DNA from: Antedon mediterranea
Taxonomy: Eukaryota; Animalia; Echinodermata
Assembly (NCBI RefSeq): GCF_964355755.1
Contig: NC_092670.1
Coordinates: 29,810,388 to 29,874,387, forward strand
DNA length: 64,000 nucleotides
Direction: 5' to 3'
The notes under the pieces were generated by a model. The model saw only the letters and a list, made by a program, of their open reading frames with translations. It had not been told where the DNA came from and did no database searches. Positions 11,701 to 25,200 of this stretch are shown piece after piece; positions within the stretch are counted from its first letter, which is position 1; the number at the start of each line of letters is the position of its first letter. A program made the position numbers and the translations under genes.

Positions 11701-14700
11701 TAAGTTCACAGGGTACCTCCAAACCCCCTGCTATGCTACTGTGCCTGCGTTTAGCTGAAATTTTTACTTTTACTTTGCCTTTATGTTTAAAAAAAAAAAT
11801 TTAAAATCTTGGATTGCTCTTGTGGCAAATGGCTGACGATGCAGCGTTCTTCGTTGTCTTTCACAACAGAAACAGCTTGTTTATCGTAGTTTATTGACAT
11901 CTGCACTCAACTTGATGAAAAGTTCTAACAACTCGAAAGGTCTTCATGAACCAGACGCCTTGTATCAATTCCGTGTTGTGTGAATAAACATGCGATTGTC
12001 TGATCCCCGTTGTTTTCCTGGTTTTTAAAGACCAGCGATGTATGTTGTCGCAAATTAAAAAAAACGTCCAATGTCCTACACTCGCGAATTACCCTACGCA
12101 CCCGGTGTAGGCCTACATGTTTGTCACGCTGTTAGCGTACATCGTTATCACCGTCTCTGAAAAATGTGACTTTCCGGGCTGAAATCCAATTCTAAACGTG
12201 GGATTCCTCTGTTTATATAGATAAGGCACTAAGGTGTGTTAATTAGAAAATGAACAAAAAATAAAGGGGGGGGGGGGGCGTTTATTAGGAACAATACGGT
12301 ATGTCAATTACTAAAGAATCAGAAAATTCTTAGTAATTTAAGAGTGACTTTGTTCACATACATGATTTTATTTTTTACCATTACACATTATTTTAACCTT
12401 ATCATTTCCTTAAAAAAACTATTACTGCATTACAACTCCAACTGAATTTGAAAAAAAAACTGAAATAATTGCACGGTAACTACAGGCAACCATTGGAAAT
12501 TAAATGTGATATGTAAAGTGTATGGATTTTAATATTTTTTCTTCTCCTGAACTGTAGGAAAAAGTTCATGCAAAGGATCCACCTAAAGTCTATATTGACA
12601 AGATTCGACGAGTGATGGACCCGGGAGGTACCTCAAGGGTAAGGATTCTGGTTGATGTAATAAAACTTATAAAATTTAATGTTGTCTCTCCTAATATAAA
12701 CATTTTCGCTACTCAAAATTATATTTTCAAATATCAAATTTGGTTTTTCTGAACAAGATTTTAGCGTTTAATTTTTTAAATTTATTGTTAAGTATCTGAG
12801 GCACAGGCCCACCATGGTTGGGCCTGTGGTGAGCCGAATTTTGATAAATGACACCTCTAGATGGCCGGAAATGGTACTCTTGCACGTAAAATTCATGGTA
12901 GGTCATTGTTCTCTGAACGTAGTCTACGATGTATTGTTATGATAATTATCTACGCGTCGATCAAAGGGTGGTTCGTAGGGTTAGTAAACACCATTGTCAT
13001 CGCCTTTAGAAGCATGGACAATGCAAACAAACAATGTATTGTTTGCTAATTAAAATCCTATCTAAAGATAGTAGACGTCAATTTTTGTAGCCACCCTAGC
13101 TAGGCCTACGCATCGGTTATCCTAATTTGGACGGAAATCCGCCGACGAGACGACATCGGGTCCGTGGACCTCAGCTCACGCAGAGAGAGAGATTCGAGGC
13201 TATCTAGTCTAGTTTCAGCGGCCTACACTATAAATTGTTTAATCCTACCTTGGGTTAGCGAATTATAAAAACAACGACACCTAGGCTAGGACACCAACAA
13301 AATATATGCAAAATAAATATATATTCCATATTAATTACTATAAGATTTAACATAAGGCTTTTTAAGCCTTTTAAAATGGTTAGGCCTACGACATGTGTAT
13401 AAGAAAAGGCCCGACCAGAATTTGGAGGGGAAAACATGTGAGCAGTTATGATCAGAGAGTATTATGTTTCATGTCATGTGACACAAAATCCAGGTACACG
13501 ATCTTAATTACTGTTTTATCGTCGTCAGACGGCAGCCACCCTCTCGTACTGAGTAAAAAAAAAACATGTGAGATGTTGCGGTAAAGCAGAGAGTATCGCG
13601 TTTCATGCCATGTGACCAAAAAAACTAGGTCTGTATAATTACGGTCTTCTGTCGTCAGTCTTTTTGAGCGACCAATTGAACGTTCTGATACTATATTTAG
13701 AATGAATTGTTTACGATTTTTTTCTCGCAACATCAAAGATTGTAGGCTCGCCTAGGCTATCGGGGGTAGCCATAACAAAAATCGTTTGCGCGACTATATA
13801 TAGACTGTGTGTTGTATTCGGGGTTAATATTCTTATCATTATATATATTTTTATGACGCACTGTAACAGGTTGGGGAGCGCTATTTTAGGCGCTCCTTTG
13901 ATAGTTTTCAGGAGCGCCAAGGAGCGTCAGCGCCATGGCGCTCCTTTTAAATCAAGGTCTGGATACTGTTTTTGTTAATATGGAAGTTTGCCTAATCTTT
14001 AGCATATTTTACATTGGGAGAATAGCATGAGTATCTATTTTGATTTTCAAGCTAACAAAATAAAAAAATGTTATCAATCATTTTTGCATATCACAATCCA
14101 TGTGACTGTTAACTTTGTGTGTGATTTTTGTAGGTTGCAATTGATCACATATCATATTAAAATCTAGCAAATTTAACATACAGTACTGTAGATATTTACC
14201 GTAAGTTCCTACAAAAGGAAACCAAAAGGCCTAAAACTCAAAGTGGTACTAAATACAGTCAAACCATTTATGTGCAAAGTGGAATGCTTAAGTTGTCTTT
14301 AAGCCAATTACCTAAATTGGGATGATTTTTTCGCCTCTTGTGGTACCAATTTCAAGTGTACATGGATTCTAAATTTGCAGAACACTTTAATTAGAACAAA
14401 TATCATTAAGTTAATTTTAATTTCTTTAATTTTTTTACATTTTTAATAATATAATCCAATTTAACTTGTTTATTTAATCGTTATTGCTATATATATTTTT
14501 TTGGTATTCACTTTTGTTCTTATGCTTTCACATCTTTCACTTGGATATTTTTAGCGTCCAGATTTTCTTCTGGAGGTGAGTCTATATAATGCGTACATGT
14601 TGTATTGTATAGTACATTAGTATGTGAATGGGTTTAGTGGATAGTTTGGTAATGTAATGCACATTTTATTCATAGTGTAGTGTACTGCTATCCTTCTACA

Positions 14701-17700
14701 TATAGGCATACTGTAGAATAATATGCAAGCAAGTTATCTTTACAATAAAACTCCTATTAAGGGGACAACTTTAAGACCCATCAACGTTTGATAGCGTTAA
14801 CATATATTTTCTCATGTTTGTTGCATGGGAAAGTGTCCTTAATAAGGAGCGTGTCCTAAAGGATGATTCTGCTCTAGTTAATATTATTATAAAGCATGTT
14901 GTCATATAATAATAAAATTAGATTTTCAAGAAGCAACACATCAATGACGATTGTGATTTATTATGATATCAATTAGAAATTGCAATACTTTTTTAAATTT
15001 TAAAAGTAAATAAGAATTTTATGCCTAATAATGACACATTTTAAATTGTTATCTTCCTAACCTTTTTACATTTTTGCCTTTCAATTTACATTTATAAATT
15101 TATACTTTATTGAATTTTAACTATTGTAATATATTTTTTACTTGTAATGTTTTTATGTCACTTGTATTGTTGAGGGCCACTCAAAATCAGCTTCCACTGG
15201 CTGGGTCACCCTGAAATATTGTTGAATAAAAATGAAAATATGTTAATTAGGGTAAAACCAGTTGATTCATATCGAAGTGACTGGTGTTCAAAGAGTGTGA
15301 CAGTGCCTGTACTTTAAGGGTATGTTCAGACTCACGGAGTTACGGTGGAGTTATGTACGCGGCGTACATATTTTTGTGTCTGAACCATGCCGCGGATTAG
15401 CGTTAGGGAGCTGTTACTCCGCGCCAGTGGCGTTAATAACTCCAGCGGGAGAGGGTAGATTTCATAAGGCTAATCCATTGATGCATCAGTGATTTCAACC
15501 TCCGGTCAACGTCAGCCAATGAAAAGACACGACCGCAATTAGCAGCAGTCTATTCGCGAGGTTTTTTTAATAGCAAAACAATATTATAGCCTATTCCTCG
15601 AGCTAGTAGATCAACAGCAACATTCGAATTAAAATGAAACGTGTTACATGGAAAAGTACAGAAGTGGCTGATTTGATTTCATTATGGGGCAGCCCTGAAT
15701 TTATAGACAAGATAGAAATTAGAAATTGGAAAGCTAGCGCCGGCAACAAGATGGCTGTTTTTAAAGAAATTGCATCTAAACTGCAAAATTCTTCCTGACG
15801 AAGTTGGCGTCGGCGACATGATTTCACAAAATTAATTAAAATCATACAAATAATGGCAAAGTCATTGTCCGTGTAATAATTATGTTCGAAATTACTATCT
15901 TTCTGTAATGATTTGCAAAAAAATCGGCAAAAAAACCGGCAAAAAAACCATTACATTTTAAGGTACCCCCATTGTATTATATTGCTAGGCCTAGTAGTGT
16001 TGTAAACTTTCGCGCGTGTCACACTCTCAGCTCTGTTGTTGTTATTGTGTGTATGTATCCCATCGGCCGTTTCGGTATGACGGAACTTCCGCTTTAAACG
16101 CAAGACGTTTGGAATGCTAATCGTTGTGTCTGAACACCTTGACTTTTAACGCCACGGATTACCGTACGCCTTGCATAGATAACTCCACCGTAACTCCGTG
16201 AGTCTGAACATACCCTAAGTTAACTGTAGCAGATTAGATTATTCTTAAATGACCACTGATATAAATCATTCTCTCTTTATTTATATTGTTATAGTATATA
16301 GTTCATCAGCATATTTTTCCTAACAAACAAAATATTTGCTATAAGAGGAGGCCATAAAACTGCCAAGCTACTGTACTATCATAATGATAAAATTGTAGGT
16401 AGCCAATCATAAACTTAATGTGCACATGAAAGCTACTTGTTGCACTGAGCAAATGAGAAAAAGTAGAAAAGGGTCATTCCATACCAAATAACCCCAAAAA
16501 AATGACATTTTAAACCCCACTTTCATCAAATTTGCTCAAATTTGGTTTTTGGGTTATTTTTAGCCAACATTTTTTATTTGAGCGCCATACGACCAACGGT
16601 TCGCACGCTACGTGCCGTCGTTTCTTCGTGATTTTGCGTAAAATTTACGCGGCAGGCTATATTTAAATGACCGTATCTAATTGTTAAAGCTATAAACTGA
16701 TGGTACATTTTTGGCTAACAAAATGGGGTAATCAAATGGTGTACAGATGTTTACCTAAGTAATAATTATTTTGTATGGAGCATGAAAATATAATTAAAGC
16801 ATTGTTATAGTCTTAAATAATCTGACAGTGACACCCATAGTATTAAGAGGTAAATTTGGTAGTGATATAATGTCGACAATACATCTACACTGTATAGAAA
16901 TACCAGAATTGTTGAAGTAAGCCAACTTTGAAATGAGCTAGAAAGCAAACAAAAAATAACATATCTCCAATTTGTTTATATTATGTAAATATCATGTAGG
17001 ATTTAACCACTCAGCAGTTCACAAAATTTCATCTAAAAAATATTTGTCCCACAAGGTCAAATCCCAGGTCAAATGGAATAGAATAAGTTATACATCTTTT
17101 AAATAGTTCTATTTCAAAAGTAAATAGAAGATTTGGATAGCTTTAACAATTAGCTTTCCAAAGATACTTGTCACAACAAAATCGGTCCACACATTACGGA
17201 AATACGGTCATTTAAGTATAGCCCGCCGCGTCGATTTTGCGCAAAATCGCGAAGAAAAGACGGCGCGTAGCGAGCGAACCGTTGGTCGTATGGCGCTCAA
17301 ATTAAAAATTTCAGGTTTTTTAGCTAAAAATAACCCAAAAACCAAATTTGAGCAAATTTGAAGAAAGTGGGGTTTAACCCATTGGGTGATTTGACATGGA
17401 ATGACCCAAAACATAGCTTAGGTAGAGCATGCTTAGAGTAGTAAACGTCTAGAGTATCCATTCTAAAGTGAATATTGTAATGTTTTGCAATGTATTCATA
17501 CACTGTGCATGCAATGTATGTGATTTATGAATCATTGTTGTATTGTTATGTACTGCTATAATGAGAATTTCCTTCCATTAATCACAAGTATAAACTGGCA
17601 ACACCTCACTAGAAATTACCAACTTAAAACATAAACTGTATACACATTTGACAATAAGTATATATCAACAAAACAATTATAATGTGAAGTATATTGGTGT

Positions 17701-19194
17701 ACATGTTATTGATTGTATTGGGTCATTCCATCTCAGATCACCCAATGAGTTAAACCCTACCTCTTCCAATTTTGATGAAATTTGGTATATGGGTGATTCA
17801 TAGCAATTAAAGTCAAAATTTCAAATTTTAACTTTATCGGACCAACGGTTTTCGAGATATCGCAATTTCAATTTTCGGTTTTTACGCAAAAAAGGGCGCG
17901 TCCGCCACGTTTCAAAGAGCTGTATCTCGGGAACTATAGGTTCAATTTTAAAAGCAAAGGTATTTTTGTAAAGGGGAGACCATAAGGAATCTAAATATAC
18001 TAATTGTGTGTGTTTTATGTTAATTTTAAGTTTAATAAAACTTTGAAATATATTTTGACCTTGAAATTGACACCGTGGAACACGCCCGATTTGTTGGTGA
18101 CTATCACGAAAAATGTAGCCCTACGTGTCAACTACAACATATAAAAAAATTGGAGGGGTTTTTTTCTTTGTTTCCATGAAATTACAATTTGAAGTTGACA
18201 TACCTCTTCCTTTTAGTGTATTTTTTGGTGTTGTTATATACTTATACACAGTGTGAACACTAACTGTTAAGGTGTCTTATTGTTACGCTTTCTCATCAGG
18301 CCCACTTAAACACTACAGTAGATATATTTTGATATGAGAAATACTGGGTAACTCACATACTTTTCAAATCAATTTTGACACATAGTTTAGTGTCCTTACT
18401 ATGTTATTTTAGTGTATTTTGGTGTCTGTCCATGCATTACTTCAATGTCAATTTGATGTATTCCAAAAATAATTTTATTTACAAACTAAATATTATTATA
18501 ATGTTACAATTGTCTATGTCTGGCCTTTACTCCTTGTCATCTGGCCAATTCAAACAGTATTTAGAAATGTTGTGGCGTTCATTTTGGGAAATTACTGTAA
18601 TTCCTAGTCGAAGAGGATTTTATAAACGGAGAGGCTATAATACAATGTACATTTGATTCAGGAATCCAACAACAGTCTTCTTTGGACGGCCAATAAAAGA
18701 TTTTCGCTGGCCCATGAGGATGCATAAATTTAATTTGATAATCCCCAAACTCTTCTGAGACATCCACAACCAAATGGGACACCATCATAACTACAGCACA
18801 CAAATTCTGAAGTCTAATAATGGTGGGTTGTGTATCAGCAACAATTTCATTTTCATCACTGAAAGATTCTTGAATCACTACCACATCCGGAGGGTTTATC
18901 TGGGTACTAAGTTTGTAGACCTGCATCTGTGCCAGATAAACGTGAACAAAGCGATGATATTGTAATGTACCCTTGATGGTCTGGGCGAGGTTGAATCTCG
19001 GCTTTATTTCTTTTTCCACAGTAGATACCTCATCTATTCCCACATGAAAAAAGTTGATGCCTGGAATGTCCATATGAGCGAGTCATATGGCCGAGCGGTT
19101 AAGGCAGGGGCGTCGTTTACCGTACCTAAAGAGCCAACAACAACATCGGCAAGGGTTCGAGGCCGACTCGCTCCTAGTTCTGGTGGTGGAACAA

Positions 19195-19228
<34 letters not shown>

Positions 19229-22200
19229 AGTGTACACAGTTATAACCTGTGTGTACTTTAAAGAACCCAGTTCATTATTCGAAAAAGAGTAGGGGGTTAT
19301 CCCGGTGAACTGGTTCACACAATAGCCCCTGTATCAGGGGGATTACCACCTATCTGATAGGACAGTGATTAATTCACTATTGGTAATCCTTGGCCACATT
19401 GCCTAAAGACATAAATAAAAATAAAAAATTACACAGTAGTCGAACATACTGAGAGATGTGAGAATATGACATTCAGTCAAACGCTGTAAGCTTCTCTTAG
19501 TGACAAGCCTCTTAACTGTTCCACCTATGCCATCACATGCACTCTTGCCATGTGATGTAGCGAAAAAATTCCCCTCGGCGTCTAAACCAAAATCTTCCTG
19601 GTGGTGGCAAAGGTTAATAAAGTTATATTTGTTTTTGTATTGGCCGCCACATCCATCTGTGAAATAATGAACTTTTTTCATGGTTGGTAGTTTTGATTTT
19701 AAATAGGGGATGACAACCTTTAAAAAGGCATCAGTAACTGATGTATGTTCTCTGCAATCACTTATTATGCATTAATATGCATAATAACATAGTAAGGACA
19801 CTAAACTATGTGTCAAAATTGATTTGAAAAGTATGTGAGTTACCCAGTATTTCTCATATCAAAGTATATCTACTGTTTAAGTGGGCCTGATGAGAAAGCG
19901 TAACAATAAGACACCTTAACAGTTAGTGTTCACACTGTGTATAAGTATATAACAACACCAAAAATACACTAAAAGGAAGAGGTATGTCAACTTCAAATTG
20001 TAATTTCATGGAAACAAACAAAAAAACCCCTCCAATTTTGTTATATGTTGTAGTTGACAAGTAGGGCTACATTTTTCGTGATAGTCACCAACAAATCGGG
20101 CGTGTTCCACGGGGTCAATTTCAAGGTCAAAATATATGTCAAAGTTTTATTCAACTTAAAATTAACATAAAACACACACAATTAGTATATTTAGGTTCCT
20201 TATGGTCTCCCCTTTACAAAAATACCTTTGTTTTTAAAATCGAACCTATAGTTCCCGAGATACAGCTCTTTGAAACGTGGCGGCCGCTCCCTTTTTTGCG
20301 TAAAAACCGAAAATTGAAATTGCGATATCTCGAAAACCGTTGGTCCGATAAAGTTAAAATTTGAAATTTTGGCTTTAATTGCTATGAATCACCCATATAC
20401 CAAATTTCATCAAAATTGGAAGAGGTAGGGTTTAAAATTCCATTTTTTTTGGGTGAACTGAGATGGAATGACCCTATTGATAAAAAGTAGTTTTATTGTT
20501 TAAATTGGCAATTTGATCTTGCAAGACAAAATAAATTAAACAAAAATAAAAGTTTATTTTATAAATGGTTACATTAAAATGTAAATAATATTACAACAAT
20601 GTACATTCCTCTACTGTACAGTGGTGGTAGTGTTGTTTTGTATTGTTTTGTTTCATAATTTATGATTTTATATCCTTATATTTAAAATAATGTTAACTTT
20701 GTTTTTCACAGAGACAAAGGAAAAAGATGTTTGATGCTTCAACTCAAAACTTGCGTGATCTTGAAATTTCACTACGAACTAATAACATTCAGTAAGTTCA
20801 AAAGAGAAATCAGGAGTTCACAAATTTTACAATCCGTTGTTTTATGATGAAATAAAAATGTACACAAGATTTGTATTGTATTTGTATTTGTATTGTATTG
20901 TATTGTATTTTGTATTAATATTTGTCCTCAGTGAGGAAATTAGGATTAGGCCCTCCACGGACCCACGGCAGCCAGCAGTGCAGCGCCTACCAGATTAGGC
21001 AATGAGAGTTAAAGCATCTTGCCTAAGGATGCAATTAGTACGGTACAGATAACCTCGAACCCATGCCTATCACATGCTAGTCCGATATTACCATTACACC
21101 ATCACTCTCCAGTATATACAGCACCCGCCACGATTTCTAGACGGTCTCCCATCCAGAACGCAACCGGGCCCAACGTTGCTTAACTTCGGTGATCTGACGA
21201 AAACCGGTGTTTCAACGCAGTATGGCCGTATTATTATTATTATACTAGATTATACTAGTATTAAAGAATGTTTGTGTCTTACACGTGTAGATCCGTGAAG
21301 TTTTGGTAGAAGCTGGTGTATTTATTTTTGTGTAAGAGATTCTAGAAGTGTATCTGTATAATAGCAGCACACAGGCAGGTTTTACTCAGAGCAGTTAATC
21401 TACGTTAAGCATTTTTTATATTCTTTAACCACTCAGCAGTTCCTGCTCAGCAGTTTTACATTCTCAACAGTTTTACCCACTAAGCCACAGATATTCACAA
21501 TATTAACGAAAAAAAAGATTGCTGTTTGACACATATATTTAAACTATTTCAAACCTTATTCTTTTTTAGGTGGGTTCGAGAATTTCTTAACCAAGACAAT
21601 TTAGGTCTAGATGTATTAGTGGAATACCTCCAGTGGCTGAATAAAGCAATGACGTAAGTTTTAAATTAATTTTTCTGTAATCTGTGCAAATAACTGAAAC
21701 TTCATTAATTTATGAACTAATCAACTAAAGTAAAAAATGGCAAATCCATGTCATCGCTACAGGATTTTATTTGCAATTACTTTATTATTGAAAACAACTA
21801 TATTGACAAAAAAAACCATAAAGTATAATGTTACAAAATGCTGTAGTATTGTGCAGTAATGCGTTACACCCTTTTCCCATCTGCATAAATTGTTATCGTA
21901 CATGTATATACAAACAATGAAAAATCTTGGGATGAAAGCATAGTTGTGTCCTATTTGATTACTATGAATGGCCAGTTTAATACCAGCAATATCATGGTAT
22001 AAACGTGGATCTCGAGCACTTCAGTGAAGTCAACTGATACTAGATGTATTCGTCAATGACAGCCATCTTTCATAGAAGATGGCTACAAGAACAGTAACAG
22101 TAATAAATGCGCGCACAGTAACAACTCAGGACATCTCAGAATAGGCCGCTCGGTGTGTATTTCTTCCGAGATTTCACACAGAAAAACAGAAGATTTTCTT

Positions 22201-25200
22201 CACACTATGCAAACCTGGTTATAAGTTGTTACTTTTTGTGCTTTTGTGTAAAAAGGATATAAGGTAGTATCTGAATGTTATGAAAAAGCTATATGCATAA
22301 TACAGATAAACAGACAAGTATAAAATAATGTATTATTAAAATTACTACGTGTAGGCCTATGTGAAATCCTGTTTTGACTAACGAAAACAATAAGAAGTAC
22401 CTCAGTTGGAAGCAAAACATTTTGGCAATGATATTCAGCTTCATTATTATATTTTCTAATTATTTCTTACCAGCAACCTTTGGGTCTAAAATGAAAAACA
22501 GGCAAAATTGTGTAATTTAAACACTACCCAAAAAAACATTAAATTGTGTAGAATTTCACTACCCACTACGGCTAAAACAATGTTCAATTGTGTAGCATTC
22601 CACTACCCACTACTGCTAAAAACAATGTTCAATTGTTAGAATTTTCATTACAGCTTTTACTATTTCCTTTTTTAACTACTTGGTTATTTTCATTCATTAA
22701 TCATTATGGAACCCAGCCACCTGATTGATACTCTTTTTTTCCACTTGAACTTTCGTTTTCAGATTTAACTATATTTTTCTTACAACTAAACAAAGGAAGT
22801 GCTTCATAAAATTAATTTACTATTTATTTACATAGGAAACTCGAACGCCGGTTTTTCTCACAGTGTAACATAGCGGATATAGACACAAGGTTACAGTATA
22901 ATTCACAATGTAGTTTATTTTATGCCAAGTTCTTTTTATATACTTTCTGTCAAAAGCGTGTCAGGGGCGTATGCAGGGTGCGGGCAATGTAGTTCAAAAT
23001 GCTTATACTATTCTTGTGTGGTCATAAGATCTCAGTAGGATGCTAAAAAAAATCTTCTTAAGTTGGTGCTTAGATAAAAAAGCCTTCAAATCTACTTTTA
23101 GCCCTTTTGACATGTCCCCCTTTTGAAGTTTCCTAATGTTCTTACTCACCCTGGATATGCCACTGGTTTTGTTTCATCTTGTGTCGATATTATTTCATTC
23201 ACTTTCAGTTTCATACTTAAAAAATAATTTTTTGCTGTATTGTAATATATCTGAGTTCCTTATTTCTAAATTACATATTTGTTTAATTGGAATGACTTAT
23301 GACTTTTCTCTCCCTTCCCAGCATTTATTTAATTGTTATGTAATCACTTTTAACAAAACGTATTTCCTTTTCCTTGGTTCAGCAGTATAGCTATGTAACT
23401 TAATTGTCAATGTTACCATGTGTTTTTTGCACTCAGCAATTCAATTCAGAAAAATATATATATTACTAGTACAACATTCGTATGTCTTTATTAACACTTT
23501 CTTTAAGGCACATATACCATGCTCGTACTATTGTCGTACGTTGTAATCCGACAATACATTGAGCATAAATAATCAATTTTGAAAGGTATGCATGAGATAT
23601 AGGTTTGTTCTTTACTTTTTTATTTATTTATTCTGTCTTTCACTTTTAAGTGGTAAAGCATTGATTTCAGTAGAGCACATTAACAATTGTAAAAGTAATT
23701 GACAAATCTTGACAAACTAAAACAGTTTACAGTAGATAGGCCTACTTTAATATTGTATTTTCACTTCTATATATTTATTTGTATTTTTCATTTTATGTTA
23801 ATGTCCAATTAATATTTCTTCCTGCTTCATATATCAATTTGTTTTTTTAATTGTCTTGTTTCCTTGTTAGTATTTGTAATCATTTTCCCTAAAAAGTACT
23901 GATACTGTGCTGTATTTTTGGATCCTTTACACCAGGTCTATAACTTTACAAGCATTATTTACAACATAAGGGACATACTTTCTGTTCTGTACTATTAATT
24001 TTACCTGAGGCTACTCGCCTTTTTAAATAGTGTAATTAGTACGGACTTTCTGGGAAATGTTTTAAAGGGAAAACACCAAAACAACCCCTCCTCCTATATG
24101 ATGTAGACAGGAGCATGGGAAAGTAGAACAGTAGGTTAAGTTCAGCACTTCATTTTATAATTTATTTTTTTTAGGCGATCCCTTCTTTTAAAATCCTGGA
24201 TCCAGCTATGATGCCATCTTATCTTATATCCACAATGCTAAGATACCTATAAATAATGGATATCGAGATTCTAACTTGGACTTTTAACCACCAACCGACT
24301 GTTTTGATACCTAAGGGCCTGTTTCTGCTGAGCAGGAATCCCTTGGGTTTGCTTCGCGAATGAAGATTTTTATGAAGGGGTTTGTACATCCCAGGTCACA
24401 GAACTGATGTACTGGTTTCAGCTCGGTCTCATCGATGGTAATGTGAGGGGGACGGTACTCTGTCCGAGGTGCAGGCTGGTGGAGAACTTCTGTCTTTTTC
24501 AGGCTAACTTCCAGATCAAAGAGCTTTGTAGCCTCTGCAAAACAGGATGTCAGACGTTGCAGTGTTGTCTCTGTATGTGCAACAAGGGCACCATCATCAG
24601 CAAAAAGTAACTCTCGAAACAGTTGCTCTTTTTGTGTGAGCTTGTAGTCGTCTGAGGTTGAATAGGTTGCCATCGGTACGGTAGTGTACGTAGACACCAT
24701 CTTCGTCATCAAGATCTGCGGTGGCTCTTTGGAGCATCATGCTGAAGAAAATGGAAAAGGGTGTTGGCACAATTACACAACCTTGCTTGACACCATTTGT
24801 TATTTGAAAGTGTTCTGAGAGTTTGTTGCTGTGCCTGACCTGACCATGTTAATCTACGTGTAGCTGGATGACCATGCCAAGGAATTTTGGGGGGGCACCC
24901 CAGACGTTCTAGGATTTTCCATAAACCGGGCCTGCTTACGTATCAAACGCTTTGGTCAAGTCGACAAAAGACACATATAGCCCCTTGTTTTGTTCTCTAC
25001 ATTTCTCTTGGAGTTGCCGAAGCACAAATACCATATCAGTTGTACTTCTGTTGGCTCGGAAGCCACATTGACTCTCTGCGAGGTTGTGTTCTGCGATGGC
25101 AGGCACTAATCTATTTAAGAGAACTCTTGCCAGGATTTTTCCAGCAATGGACAGCAGCGTTATCCCCCGGTAGTTTGAGCAATCGGATTTTTCCAATTAT

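Larger units (their letters stand above)
17720..20474 (-). mobile_element. Internally deleted Sola2-like DNA transposon
   Basis: ~700-bp TIRs (17720-~18417 and ~19784-20474), GGG termini, TATT 4-bp TSD, transposase remnant inside. Confidence 0.85.

Noticed and set aside
12780-13965. CpG-rich block with small hairpins and repeated GGAGCG/CGCTCC motifs
   Set aside because: Probably a DNA transposon relic, but I could not identify matching TIRs or a TSD, so it is not annotated.
19887-19900. CTGATGAGAAA hammerhead-like motif
   Set aside because: There is no stem II between CTGATGA and GAAA, and it lies within the Sola2 TIR.
21117-21230. Functional 5S rRNA gene
   Set aside because: It is a single copy with substitutions in conserved internal-promoter regions, no oligo-T terminator, and direct fusion to a SINE body.
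22836-22889. Possible 54-nt phase-2 cassette exon ([17 protein letters not shown])
   Set aside because: It preserves frame, but the donor (gttaca) is weak, there is no recognisable FMNL similarity, and the region looks TE-derived.
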